Of a stretch of DNA of 64,000 bases, positions 11,252-21,938 are shown in pieces. The notes beneath the pieces were generated by a model. That model saw only the letters and a list, made by a program, of their open reading frames with translations, was not told the origin of the DNA and did no database searches. The position numbers were made by a program, and so were the translations under genes. Each line of letters begins with the position of its first letter. Within the stretch, counting starts at the first letter, position 1. This stretch comes from an uncultured delta proteobacterium. Its GTDB lineage: Bacteria > Desulfobacterota > RBG-13-43-22. The stretch covers positions 480,001 through 544,000 of the forward strand of contig CAWBOS010000012.1 in the NCBI GenBank assembly GCA_963790475.1, given 5' to 3'.

Positions 11252-12169
11252 TTAAGTTTGGATATTCAGCGCCAGCTTGATTTTTCCGTTTACGTCTTCC
11301 TCTATATGAAAACCAAAAGAATAAATTAGATCGGAAACAGGCCGCCCGAATAAAAAAACCTGATTTTCAGGATCTATCCCTTGGGTCTCGGCTAAATGCT
11401 TCCGCAGCTGTTGGTCAAAAAACAGAATATCCAGGGCCTCTCCCTGAGCGGCGGCCATACTCTTTTTTATCCCGCTTAAGGCCTCCTGAAGGTCGGTAAC
11501 CGCGCACCGTTTGGTATGGGATTCGATGATCGGGATCAATGGATCATTCGGATTGAGAAGTTCTTTTCGTGAAAGAAAGGTGTGGGAATTCAATCCCTGA
11601 AAATTATCCGGGTTCCAGCATTCCATGACCCGGCATTGGAGCGGCCGATCTTCATAAATGCAGCAGCCTTTGGTTTCCGAATCAAGGAAAAGGCATTCCC
11701 GACTGCCCGGTTTTTCTTTTATTTTAATTCGTTCCTCGGGAAGCAGGACTAGGTCCTGGGTGGCATTGGAAAACCCGATTTCTCCCGGGCGCAAGGTTAA
11801 TAAATCCAATCTCTTTATGATTCCTTGGCGCAGGATTGTCATATCCTCAACATAAAGGGTAGGACTGCCTTGCCGGCAGCAATCCCCGCAGCGAAGGCAA
11901 TAAGGACGGGAAGCATAAGCGGCCTTCTCCATTTCCCGACACCAGGCCTCCCAACGCCTTTCCCGGTAGGCTTCAGCCCAGGAAGAACAATTATTGATCA
12001 AGTCTTGATAAATCGAATTGGCTTGTATGACCGGCCAAAGTTCTTCCAAGGAGGCGGGGGAATGGATCTCCTTCAACAACCGGTCCAAAGATCGTTTGCT
12101 CTCGGCCTCGACCTTGTCCGAATTTTCTTTTTTTAACTCTAATTCCAAAAGATCCTCTTTTATTTGCAA
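11252..12169 (-). CDS. YkgJ-family (CxxCxxCC) metal-cluster protein
   Basis: CLRCGDCC, CLFL...CCIYEDRPLQCR. Confidence 0.8.
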   Translation of the reverse strand: MQIKEDLLELELKKENSDKVEAESKRSLDRLLKEIHSPASLEELWPVIQANSIYQDLINNCSSWAEAYRERRWEAWCREMEKAAYASRPYCLRCGDCCRQGSPTLYVEDMTILRQGIIKRLDLLTLRPGEIGFSNATQDLVLLPEERIKIKEKPGSRECLFLDSETKGCCIYEDRPLQCRVMECWNPDNFQGLNSHTFLSRKELLNPNDPLIPIIESHTKRCAVTDLQEALSGIKKSMAAAQGEALDILFFDQQLRKHLAETQGIDPENQVFLFGRPVSDLIYSFGFHIEEDVNGKIKLALNIQT

Positions 12170-12369
12170 CTGTAACCAGTCTGGTTCTTTTTATAAAAGA
12201 TGTGGGGGGTTATTTCAAGGAGATTTTCCAATTCCTTTTATTTGAAACAAGGGCCCCACCAACGACGAGTTAAATCGGACGATAAAAAATTCATTCTTCC
12301 AAAAGGAAAAAGGGCCTTCTGCGGGAGAAAAACTATTATGGGCGGGTGTTGTCTTTGAAGAAATAGAAT

Positions 12370-14775
12370 TTAATAAAAATATTTCCCGGCTGGTTGTCGA
12401 AAAGGTTCCAGGATTTGGGCGTTTAAGTCCTCCGTTTCCGCAAACAGGGTCTTGGGGGTGGAAAATTCGATCAGGGCATTGTCATCGGTATTTATTACCC
12501 CACTCTGAGTCAAGGTGGATACCTCTGCCGGACCCATGATAAATCGGGACATCAGATTTTCCAGATCCGAAACCCCCACCCGTTTCAAGTCTTGTTCAAC
12601 GAGCCTCCATTGCATCCTTTCTTTTATTCGGGCCAGGGATAAGTCCGGCTTCTTTTTGAAACCTACCATCACCAGATCCTTCTCCTGAGGCATAAAAACA
12701 TAGACATAAGGGAATACCTTGTGGAAGGTGGTCAAAACGGTTTTAAAGCTTTCCGGGGAAATCTTGTAGAGCTGAAGCCACTGGCAAAAGACCCCTTCCG
12801 GTTTCAATTTATCATATCCCAATCTAAAAAATTCCCGGGTGAATACATTGGCTACCCCGGCCATCCAGGGATTGGAGGGTTCGGAGATGATGACGTCATA
12901 CCGGTCGGGGGTGACCAGGAGATAATTCCGGGCATCGGCCACCCGAAGGACCAAGCGGGGGTCTTTGAGAGGTTGGTTGTTGAACTGATCAAAAAAGTGG
13001 GATCCTTCGATCACTGCCTTTTCCAGTTCCACCAGGGTTATTTTTTTAGCCGGAAATGGGGTCACCGAACCCACGGTCACCCCGCTGCCCATACCCACCA
13101 CCAGGACTTCATCCAGTCGCGGGGCCAGAAGCATGGGAATCTGCCCAATCAGGACCTGGGTGGGCATATCCCCCTTCGAGGAGGCCTCCACCTTGCCGTT
13201 GGACTTCATGTAAATAGCCCCGGTGCGCCGGGACTTATGAACGCTGATGGTACAAGTGTGGCCCTCCTTATAGTAGAGCAGTGGTTCATTTTTGGGGTCA
13301 TACATGGTCAACAATTCCCGCCGGGTGGTCTTCTCGAAATTATGGGCATAAATATACACCCCGCTGACCATCAGCGGGGCCTTCCAGGATGGTGGGAATT
13401 GAAGGATAATCACTGTCAATACCAGGACCGCTGGAGCGGTGATCCATTTCAAACCATACCGAGGGACTCCGGAGACTAATAAAATGTACAGGCCCAGCAA
13501 AAGATTCGTTCCTATTCCCAAAAGGATGGTATTGCGGATCCCCAAAAGAGGGATCAGAAAAAAACCGCCGGCAAAGGACCCCAGGATACAGCCAAGGGTG
13601 TTTACAGTATAAATATTTCCCACCTTGCGGCTTATCCGGCTGATGTTGGAGGCGTAAATTTTGATCGTTAAGGGAAAGATGGCCCCCATAAAAAGAGTCG
13701 GGGCCAGCATGATGAAAAAAGCCAGAACGAATTTCCCGGTCAGCAACAGATTGATGGATTTCCCCAAGGAACGATACAGGAGAAGATACCAGTAGGGCAG
13801 CTCCTGGAAGAGGAGCAGGCTGAGGAAGGCAAAAACACCGATGCCGATTTGCAGCCAGGCCCAGGCAAAACCCTGAAAGCGGATCGTGTCCACCTTGCGG
13901 GAAAAAAAATAGGAACCCAGGGCGATCCCAACCAGAAAGGTGGTCAGCATAATCGTAAAACCATAGACGGAAGAATCCACCAGTAGAGAAAGCGTCCGGC
14001 TCCAGGCCACTTCGTAGATCATGGAAATAAATCCCGACAGGGAAATGCCTAGGACCACTGACCAGATGACCCTTTTCGGAAGGGGAGATACCGCGGCGGG
14101 TTTAGGGTTGTCGGGGTCTTCCTTTGAGAAAGATATAGGTCTTGAGAAGGCAGGAGGAATCGGGTAGCGCCGGATAAGCAGGAAGATGCTTATGGCGACC
14201 AAAAGATTGACGGCTACGGCAATCCCCAGGGTTTTTTGGACCCCGAGAAGAGGAAGCAGAAAAAAGCCGCTCAGGGCCGTTCCGATAACCGCTCCGAAAG
14301 TGTTAAGGGCATAGAGTCGGCCGATAGTGACCCCCAAGGTGTTTTCCTGTCGAACAGCCCATTTGCTCAAAATAGGAAGAGTGGCCCCCATACAGGTTGT
14401 CGGGATAACCAGGACGAGGAAAACCAATAAAAACCGCATCATGGTAAATCCCAAAAAGTTGGGATGAAAATGTTCCCAGAGGACCCGATAAATGGGAATC
14501 AAAAAAGTAAAAAGCCAGGGAATCATCAAGGCATAAAGACCGATAACCCCTTCCAGGAGGCCGTAGTAAAATAAGGGACGCTTTTTTCGATCCATGATTC
14601 GGCCGAACAGATAGCTCCCCAGGGCCAGGCCTCCCATAAAAGAGGTGAGTACCGTACTGACGGCCAGGGTGGTTGAGCCAAAGATTAAAATCAGCATCCG
14701 CAACCAGAGGACTTCATAAAGAAGACCGCTGAATCCGGACAAAAAGAAGCATAAGAGCACAATGGGTCGAATCAT
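12370..14775 (-). CDS. Fused multi-TM/spermidine-synthase-like protein
   Basis: Repeated SGFSGLLYEV TM modules; GMGSGVT, VELE, DARNYL, DVIISEPSNPW. Confidence 0.85.
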   Translation of the reverse strand: MIRPIVLLCFFLSGFSGLLYEVLWLRMLILIFGSTTLAVSTVLTSFMGGLALGSYLFGRIMDRKKRPLFYYGLLEGVIGLYALMIPWLFTFLIPIYRVLWEHFHPNFLGFTMMRFLLVFLVLVIPTTCMGATLPILSKWAVRQENTLGVTIGRLYALNTFGAVIGTALSGFFLLPLLGVQKTLGIAVAVNLLVAISIFLLIRRYPIPPAFSRPISFSKEDPDNPKPAAVSPLPKRVIWSVVLGISLSGFISMIYEVAWSRTLSLLVDSSVYGFTIMLTTFLVGIALGSYFFSRKVDTIRFQGFAWAWLQIGIGVFAFLSLLLFQELPYWYLLLYRSLGKSINLLLTGKFVLAFFIMLAPTLFMGAIFPLTIKIYASNISRISRKVGNIYTVNTLGCILGSFAGGFFLIPLLGIRNTILLGIGTNLLLGLYILLVSGVPRYGLKWITAPAVLVLTVIILQFPPSWKAPLMVSGVYIYAHNFEKTTRRELLTMYDPKNEPLLYYKEGHTCTISVHKSRRTGAIYMKSNGKVEASSKGDMPTQVLIGQIPMLLAPRLDEVLVVGMGSGVTVGSVTPFPAKKITLVELEKAVIEGSHFFDQFNNQPLKDPRLVLRVADARNYLLVTPDRYDVIISEPSNPWMAGVANVFTREFFRLGYDKLKPEGVFCQWLQLYKISPESFKTVLTTFHKVFPYVYVFMPQEKDLVMVGFKKKPDLSLARIKERMQWRLVEQDLKRVGVSDLENLMSRFIMGPAEVSTLTQSGVINTDDNALIEFSTPKTLFAETEDLNAQILEPFRQPAGKYFY

Positions 14776-15229
14776 GCCGGAGGTCCCTTTCATAAATAGG
14801 TAAGGCTTTAACAAAAAACAATTAAGAAGGCAAGAAAAACCATAGCCGCCGTTTCGATAGGAAAGGGATTATTGCTGAAAAAAATCAGCCTGATTGATCA
14901 AAGAGGCCTCAGATTGAATCATAATTAGTGTTACCAAGGGGATAGTGGCCGGGTTTAAAAACCTTTGACTCAAGTCAAAAATTTCTTTAACATTGAATAT
15001 ATATTAAGAAAATGACTGGCCTTATCAAGTAGGGATCCAAACCCTTCAAATCTTTTCAACGGGGGTGGCCCATGACCTTTCCCAAAGGAAAACGATTTTG
15101 GTCCTATCTGGGAATAGGGATCATAATCAGTATCGCCGATGGATTGTTTGCCTCCGTGATCTTGATTTCCCCAAGAAGTCATTTAGGACTTCGCCCAAAC
15201 GGCATTGGAAACCCATAGGGATTAAAAAA

Positions 15230-16796
15230 ATGTTGCGTGTTTTTCAAACTGATCTTTCAGATCCGGAATGTTTCGTAGTCTCTCTGGAACTGGTTCCGGG
15301 CCGGGAGTCATTCGGGCGATCCCTAGATATAGTCAAAGGGATTGCAGCCGATGCCTTCGCAGACGGCAGGATTTCGGCCGTCTCGATTACCGATAATCCG
15401 GGAGGTAATCCCTCCCTGAGTCCCGACGTAATAGGGCACGAGGTATTTAGTGTTGGGATGGACGTTATCATCCATTTTGCCTGCCGTGACCTGAACCGGG
15501 CCGGATTGGAAAGCAGGGCACTCCAACTGGCCATGATGGGGATGAAAAACATCCTGGCCTTAACAGGCGACTATACAACCCGGGGATTCGGCGGTCAGGG
15601 AGCCCCTGTTTTTGACTTGGACTCTGTTAGTCTCCTGGCCATGTTGAACCTGCTCAGCGAGAGAATGAATAAATCCGGGGATCCGGACGGTTTTTTCCCG
15701 GGAGCCGTGGTCAGCCCCTTCAAATATACGGAAGGGGAAAGTTTCGCTCAGTATGCCAAGGTGTGCAGAAAGGTTGCCGCCGGAGCTAAGTTCATAATTA
15801 CCCAATTAGGCTATGATGTAAGGAAGTTTATTGAACTGCAAAAGATTCTTTCGGTGGTTGAACATCGATCTTCCGGTTTTGGGTTCGGTCTATCTGCTAA
15901 GTCCCAGGGCGGCACGGGCCATGAACAGGGGAATAGTCCCCGGCGCTGTCGTTCCGGATGAACTTTTGGAAAAAGTTCTGCAGGAGTGGAAAAGCCCCAC
16001 AGAGGGACTGGCCCTGGCCATTGAAAGGACCGCGAGGCTCGGGGCTATCCTGAAAGGCATCGGCTATCGCGGGATCCAGATTGGAGGGATCCATCGCAGC
16101 TTTAAAACCGTGGCCAGAATCCTGGATCGTATAGGGGAGATTGGAGATCATTGGCGGGACTATGTTCAAGAGTTCACCGATACCCGGAAAAATTCCTTTT
16201 ATGCCTTTCCCGAAGGTTTTGAAGAGGACCCGCCGAGATTCGGTCTGGGCCCAAAAGACCTATCTGCAGCCGAGAGGGGTCAGTTCCTGTTCCTGCAAAC
16301 TTCCCATCGGTATTTTTTTGACCGTCAATCACCTCTTACCCGCTGTCTTGAAAAAATCTCCCGTACTCTTGACCGGCACCCAACCGCAAGAATATTTACC
16401 CACTGGTCAGAGTGGATACTCAAAAAACTTTTGTTGGATTGTCAAGATTGCGGGGATTGCGCTATACAACATCTGGCCTATCTTTGTCCGGAGTCAAAGT
16501 GCCCGAAGCACATTAGAAACGGGGCCTGTGGAGGAAGCCGGGACGGAATGTGTGAGGTCTATCCGGACAAGCGATGTGTCTGGGTCGGGGCCTATCAAAG
16601 ATGGTCATCCGTAAACCGTATTGATGAGATGGTTCCCGGGTGCGTGCCTCCCAGGATATGGGAACTCAACCATACTTCTTCCTGGCTCAATTTTCATCTA
16701 AAAAGAGACCACCAGAGCTCATCCAACCGAGTTGCGCAATTCTGTCGAACCAGAAGCTGCTCTTGGCCGAAAGATTTCAAGATTAATAAGCACTAA
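15230..16796 (+). CDS. metF: Methylenetetrahydrofolate reductase MetF fused to a C-terminal MetV-like Cys domain; +1 frameshift at ~15845
   Basis: ITDNPGG, HFACRDLNR, ILALTGDY, FIITQLGYD; second frame carries CQDCGDC...CPKHIRNGACGG...CEV...CVW. Confidence 0.8.
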
Positions 16797-16886
16797 AGGA
16801 CGAAGTTCCCGACAGGCATTATCCTGTTATCCGGAAAAAAATATTTAGCTGGTTGAGCGACCTGGAGTCTAATTGAAGGAATAAAA

Positions 16887-17660
16887 ATGAAATGGACTGA
16901 AGAAGCACAGGACGCGGTCTCCCGCGTTCCTTTTTTTGTCAGGAAACGGGTGAGGAAGAAAGTGGAGGAAGACGCCGAACGAGCCGGGAGCCGGATTGTG
17001 ACCCTGGACCATGTCCAAAACTCCCAGAAGCGTTTCTTAAACGAGATGGATCGGGAAGTAAAAGGCTTTCAGGTAGAAACCTGCTTCGGACCCTCGGGCT
17101 GTCCCAACCGGGCCGTGGAAGCCGAAGGGATAGTTCAGGAATTGGAGCAGGCACTTCTTAAAAAGGATCTGAAGTCCTTCCTAAGAGAACGTGTGCAGGG
17201 GCCCTTAAAAATACACCATGATTTCCGGGTCTCCCTTTCCTGCTGTCCCAATGCCTGTTCCCGACCACAGATCGTCGATTTCGGGATCATCGGGGCCAGG
17301 TCTCCCAAGATAACCGATGAACCCTGCAGTCAGTGCCGGGCCTGTATAGACGTTTGCAAGGAAGAAGCGATTCGATTAGAGGAAAGCGAAGACAGGCCGG
17401 TTATCGATTTTGATAAATGTCTTTCCTGCGGCCTATGTATTACAGCCTGCCCTTCAGAAACCTTACAAGAAGAATCTCAAGGGTACCGCGTTTTAGTGGG
17501 CGGCAAACTCGGCCGCCATCCTCAATTGGGAAAGGACCTGGGCAAAATTTATTCCAAAGATGAAATGCTCAAGGTGTTGAATCACTATCTGGACCTTTAC
17601 CAGACCCACAATCAAAAAGGGGAACGGTTGGGAGAGATTTTGAGTCGGTTGGAGGGCTAG
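16887..17660 (+). CDS. Nitrite/sulfite-reductase-like 4Fe-4S protein with N-terminal PCP-reductase-like domain
   Basis: MKWTEEA...VPFFVRKRVR; CFGPSGCPN; CCPNACSRP; two ferredoxin CxxCxxCxxxC motifs; VGGKLGRHP. Confidence 0.8.
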   Translation: MKWTEEAQDAVSRVPFFVRKRVRKKVEEDAERAGSRIVTLDHVQNSQKRFLNEMDREVKGFQVETCFGPSGCPNRAVEAEGIVQELEQALLKKDLKSFLRERVQGPLKIHHDFRVSLSCCPNACSRPQIVDFGIIGARSPKITDEPCSQCRACIDVCKEEAIRLEESEDRPVIDFDKCLSCGLCITACPSETLQEESQGYRVLVGGKLGRHPQLGKDLGKIYSKDEMLKVLNHYLDLYQTHNQKGERLGEILSRLEG

Positions 17661-18343
17661 GGATAAGGGGTTAGGACTTCCTTCTAGTAGTCAAAAAAAA
17701 TTTTCTCATTCATCCTAAATTTCTGAAGGTTGAACAGCCTGTTTAGTCATTTTATATCTATTTTGTCAAAGGCCAAACAGGGTAAAAGCATAAAAGAACA
17801 AAGTCTATCTCCTGGCACAACGAAAACCGTTATAGCTGACCCTATTTGATTGACGGATGAAATAGCTAGCCGCAAAACGGGTGGAACTCTGATCGCCCAA
17901 CGTGCGTCGCCCCGCACCTTGAAGATATCTTTGAATGGTCTCCAGGACGGTGGTCTTGCCATTTATAAGTCCGCAAAAGACGGCGCGCTTCCACAAATCA
18001 ATCTAGAGAAATAATCCGAATTTTCGCTGAAAATACAGCCTTCAACGTATTCCCACGCCAATCCCTTAATAGTATTCTTATCATATTCTCATGCCCCATG
18101 GGAGTGCTATGAGACATGAAAAAGGATTCAGATAATTCCGGGGGTCAAGGACCGCTGGGCGGAGTGGAAGGCAATGAAATTAAACCATTGAACCCTCGAA
18201 TCCTGGAATCCTCGAACCCTTTTTACGTGTTAAGTTATCGCTGTCATTCATAATTGAATTAATAAAACACAGCAACTGGATTCCGGCTCCACAATCAATA
18301 GAAGGTGCAGGAATGCATGGAAAAAGCACGGGAGGATCGAACG

Positions 18344-18625
18344 ATGAACCGAAGCAAGGACAGCCGTATCTCCAAAGCACATTTGATCAACGAAGGTTTG
18401 CTGGAAACTGATCAGGGCGAAGAAGAATCCATTCCGGAAGAATTTGTCTCGGCTCCCCTTTTAAGCATTTCGGAGGCCGCTAAGTCACTGGGAATAGGGA
18501 GGAAGGAGCTCTATCGCCTGATCGAATGGGGGGAAATTAAAACCATCAGGAGCGGTGATTCCATCCGAGTGGAGGGTAAAAGCCTGGATACCTTTAAAGC
18601 CAGCGGTAAAACGATGTCAGTCTAA
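18344..18625 (+). CDS. Excisionase-like HTH DNA-binding protein
   Basis: LLSISEAAKSLGIGRKELYRLIEWGEI; GGAGG RBS. Confidence 0.7.
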   Translation: MNRSKDSRISKAHLINEGLLETDQGEEESIPEEFVSAPLLSISEAAKSLGIGRKELYRLIEWGEIKTIRSGDSIRVEGKSLDTFKASGKTMSV

Positions 18626-18708
18626 GAAAAAAAGGATCTGACCAAATAACAGGAACTGCTCATGCAGCGACTGGAAGAGGTCTTCAATCAGGCCGGTGAT
18701 CTGGACAA

Positions 18709-20685
18709 TTACAGAAGACCGATCTTCCAATTCCAGGTCCCCGGCCGGTCTTTCATTATGATGGACCTCGGGACGGGTTCGTTGATTTGCACAAAACGCT
18801 GATAGCCCGCCCGTTCCAGGTCCTTGCGGAAGACCGTCAGATCCAACTTCCAGTTGGGGTACACCCAATAATTGGAATCATACCTAGACGCCCAGGCTGA
18901 TTCATCCTTGGGGCTTTGAAAAAGTCGGGCCGGTTTAAGCTGGTCGGAAAGAATTCTGGAAATGCATAAAGGCCAATGACCATAGAGGACTATACCGAGT
19001 GGCAGTGGGCTTTGCCTGGGCAGGGAAAGGTAATCCTCCTGTCCTAGTTCCGGACTGACTATGGCGCCGGAAAAGCCGTAAGATTTGATCTGGTTGATAG
19101 CCAAGGAGTTGCTCAAATTACAAAAAGGGCCGGCCCACAGGGAAAGTTTTTGGGGATATTGGAAAAAGGCGATTTGCCAAGGGGCATTCAGGACAAACTC
19201 CCGTCGTCCCTTTTGCACTAATTGATCAATAAGGGATTGGTATTGGGCCTCATCTGCAGGCCAGATGGTCGGAGAAAGCCACCACCAGATGTTCCGGTTG
19301 ACCAGACCTTTCTGAAAACTCTCTGCCGACAGCCAGACACCGATTTCTCCCTTGCCCCGGCCTGGTTGGTGAAGGGTACGAACAACGCTTTGCTCAACTG
19401 ATGGTCCTTTTATTGTCTGCCTCCGAGGAAGGGAGGCCTGAAAACGGGAAGGCGGCCAATCCCTTTTTTCGGGGGGGTTTATTTCCGCTTCCAACCGGTT
19501 CATCTTTTCGGATAAGTCCGGTTCCCGGCGGTCGGTTAAAAAAACCGGGGACCCCTGGTGCGGCTTTTGGTGACCCCCGGATGGTAGATAAAAGCGGTTG
19601 CCCGAAGAAACAGGGCGGTTGATCTTTACCGTGGAGTGCCAAGGTTCATCTTCATAGCCGATTCGCAAGACATCTCCGAGAAAGAGGTCCCGCTTCAGCC
19701 CAATGAAGGATTGGTTGTCTTTCCCCGAAACCCACCCCAACAGCAACCCTGAGCCGGTTTGAATTTCCGGTTGGATGGGATTTATCGGCCGCTGGGAAAG
19801 GAAGCCATAATGAGTGCCGGTGCGGCCCAAGGCCTGACTCAGCAAGGTCAAGGCTTCTTTCCTGGCCTGCGGATCCTGAGAATGATCCCGTAACATTTTA
19901 TAGGCCCGGACAGTGTAATAGACATAATGAGGGCCTTTTTTGCGGCCTTCAATCTTCCACCCCTTAATAGCCGGAACAGATAAGAGGACCTTGACCAGAA
20001 CATCCAGGCTGAGATCCTGACAGGAAAAATATCGCTTGGAAGTCCCCTCCTGGTGATAGAGACGTCGGCAGGGCTGGACGCATCTTCCCCGGAGTCCACT
20101 TTTCCCCCCTAAGAAACTGCTCCAGTAACACCGGCCGGACACCCCGTAACACAAGGCGCCGTGAACAAAAATTTCCAGCCCTATCTTGTCAGGACAAACT
20201 TCGGCCAGTTGTTTGATTTCATCAATGTTGAGCTCCCGTGGAAGAACCACCCGGGTGACTCCCCGAATACGGCCGACCAAGGATAAGGCCGCACCAAAGC
20301 CGCAATTGGCCAGTGTGGAAAGGTGAAGTTCACCGGAAAATCCGGTCTGCCGGGCCAGCTCTATCACGGCCGGGTCCTGAATAATCAGGGCATCGGGATG
20401 GACTCGGCGGTTGAGATCATCCATCAATCTTCCGGCCAGATCCAGTTCGTCCGGTTTAATCAGGGTATTGATGGTTACGAAAACCCGAGCCCCTCTGGAA
20501 TGGGCCAGATCGGTCAGCCCGGCCAGTTCTTCCAGTGAAAAGTTTTTGGCTTCCATGCGGGCTGAAAGCTGTTTTAATCCGCAATAAATGGCATCAGTAC
20601 CGGCGGCCAGGGCGGCCAGGAAACTGGCTTTGTTGCCGGCCGGAGCCAGAATCAAAGGAACGTTCGGGTTTTTATGAGAAATCAT
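18709..20685 (-). CDS. U32-family peptidase-like protein (RNA-hydroxylation type)
   Basis: ILAPAG, VVLPREL, EIFVHGALCYGVSGRC, RGRCVQPCR, KIEGR. Confidence 0.9.
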   Translation of the reverse strand: MISHKNPNVPLILAPAGNKASFLAALAAGTDAIYCGLKQLSARMEAKNFSLEELAGLTDLAHSRGARVFVTINTLIKPDELDLAGRLMDDLNRRVHPDALIIQDPAVIELARQTGFSGELHLSTLANCGFGAALSLVGRIRGVTRVVLPRELNIDEIKQLAEVCPDKIGLEIFVHGALCYGVSGRCYWSSFLGGKSGLRGRCVQPCRRLYHQEGTSKRYFSCQDLSLDVLVKVLLSVPAIKGWKIEGRKKGPHYVYYTVRAYKMLRDHSQDPQARKEALTLLSQALGRTGTHYGFLSQRPINPIQPEIQTGSGLLLGWVSGKDNQSFIGLKRDLFLGDVLRIGYEDEPWHSTVKINRPVSSGNRFYLPSGGHQKPHQGSPVFLTDRREPDLSEKMNRLEAEINPPEKRDWPPSRFQASLPRRQTIKGPSVEQSVVRTLHQPGRGKGEIGVWLSAESFQKGLVNRNIWWWLSPTIWPADEAQYQSLIDQLVQKGRREFVLNAPWQIAFFQYPQKLSLWAGPFCNLSNSLAINQIKSYGFSGAIVSPELGQEDYLSLPRQSPLPLGIVLYGHWPLCISRILSDQLKPARLFQSPKDESAWASRYDSNYWVYPNWKLDLTVFRKDLERAGYQRFVQINEPVPRSIIMKDRPGTWNWKIGLL

Positions 20686-20819
20686 GGCTATGAGGGTCTT
20701 CTGGTATTTTGTTGGTGAAAAATACTCTTGAAAATAGGTTTAAGGTGCAAGGTTCAAGGAAGACAAAACCTTATACCTTATACCCGGTGCGGGTTTATAC
20801 CATAATAAAACTTTTTTCA

Positions 20820-21938
20820 TTATGATTGAATGACAAACCGCCGCATATGGATGTTTAACAGCAATCCGATCCCAATCAGATTGGCTATGATCGAAGATCC
20901 CCCATAACTGATAAAGGGCAGGGGCACCCCGACCACTGGGACAAGTCCGACCACCATGCCCATGTTGACCAGACCCTGCCAAAAGAAGATGGCACAAATA
21001 CCCAGAGAAATCACCATACCGAAACGATCTTTGGACTGGCGGGCAATATTCAGGGCCCATAGAATCAAGAGCAAGAAAAGGGTGACCACCATCAAAGAAC
21101 CGACAAATCCCCATTCTTCGGCCAGAACCGAAAAGGCAAAATCAGTATGTTGTTCGGGTAGAAACCGGAGTTGTCCCTGGGTTCCGTTTAGAAATCCTTT
21201 GCCCCAAAAACCGCCTGAGCCGACAGCGATCTTGGACTGGAGGATATGATATCCGGCTCCCAAGGGGTCCGATTCGGGTTGCAGAAAAATAAGGACCCTC
21301 TTCTTCTGATAATCTTTGAGAAAGAACCACACTAAAGGCAGGGACAGGATTAGACTTCCAGCGGAAATAAAAAGGGTTTTCCAGGCAATTCCTAAAAAAA
21401 GAAAAATAGACAGGCTGATCAGCAACAGCAAAAGGGCCGTTCCCAAATCCGGTTGTTTGACGATCAGCAAGGCCGGTAACAAAGCCATTCCCAGAGGGAG
21501 ATAGAGGTCCCGGAAACCGTAGCGGTGGTTGAGTTCGTTGTTAAAAAAATATTTGGCCAAGGCCAGAATCAAGGCAATTTTTGCCAGCTCCGAGGGTTGG
21601 AAGGAAAAAAAACCCAAGGTCAGCCAACGCTGGGAACCTGAAATCGCCCGGCCAAGGAGTAAGACCCCGATCAAAAGTCCGATGGAAACCCAGTATAAAG
21701 GATAGGCCAGGGAAAGCAATAAATGATAGTCAAAAAAAAGGACGATCATTAACAGGATGAATCCAACCCCGGCGATATAGATTTGTTTCAGGTAAATGGG
21801 CGTCCCTTCTCCTCCTCCGGCTTGATAAGTGGTTGAAAAGAGATTAACCACCCCGATGGCGATCATAATAAAAACCAGGAGAAGAAGAGACCAATTAAAA
21901 TTCTGAATAAATCGGCGATCAATCATGTTCTTCCTCAA
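20820..21938 (-). CDS. rodA: Rod-shape SEDS protein RodA
   Basis: FQPSELAK, KQPDLGTA, LPEQHTDF, LPFISYGGSS; follows mrdA. Confidence 0.96.
   Translation of the reverse strand: MRKNMIDRRFIQNFNWSLLLLVFIMIAIGVVNLFSTTYQAGGGEGTPIYLKQIYIAGVGFILLMIVLFFDYHLLLSLAYPLYWVSIGLLIGVLLLGRAISGSQRWLTLGFFSFQPSELAKIALILALAKYFFNNELNHRYGFRDLYLPLGMALLPALLIVKQPDLGTALLLLLISLSIFLFLGIAWKTLFISAGSLILSLPLVWFFLKDYQKKRVLIFLQPESDPLGAGYHILQSKIAVGSGGFWGKGFLNGTQGQLRFLPEQHTDFAFSVLAEEWGFVGSLMVVTLFLLLILWALNIARQSKDRFGMVISLGICAIFFWQGLVNMGMVVGLVPVVGVPLPFISYGGSSIIANLIGIGLLLNIHMRRFVIQS

Noticed and set aside
15015-15229. Possible SAM riboswitch upstream of metF (TTATCAAG)
   Set aside because: The remaining SAM-I core elements are not present
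18185-18222. Short 7-8-nt tandem repeats here and at ~20740-20790, ~44560-44645 and ~53578-53612
   Set aside because: No unique spacers, constant repeat length or cas genes, so not CRISPR; low-complexity intergenic repeats
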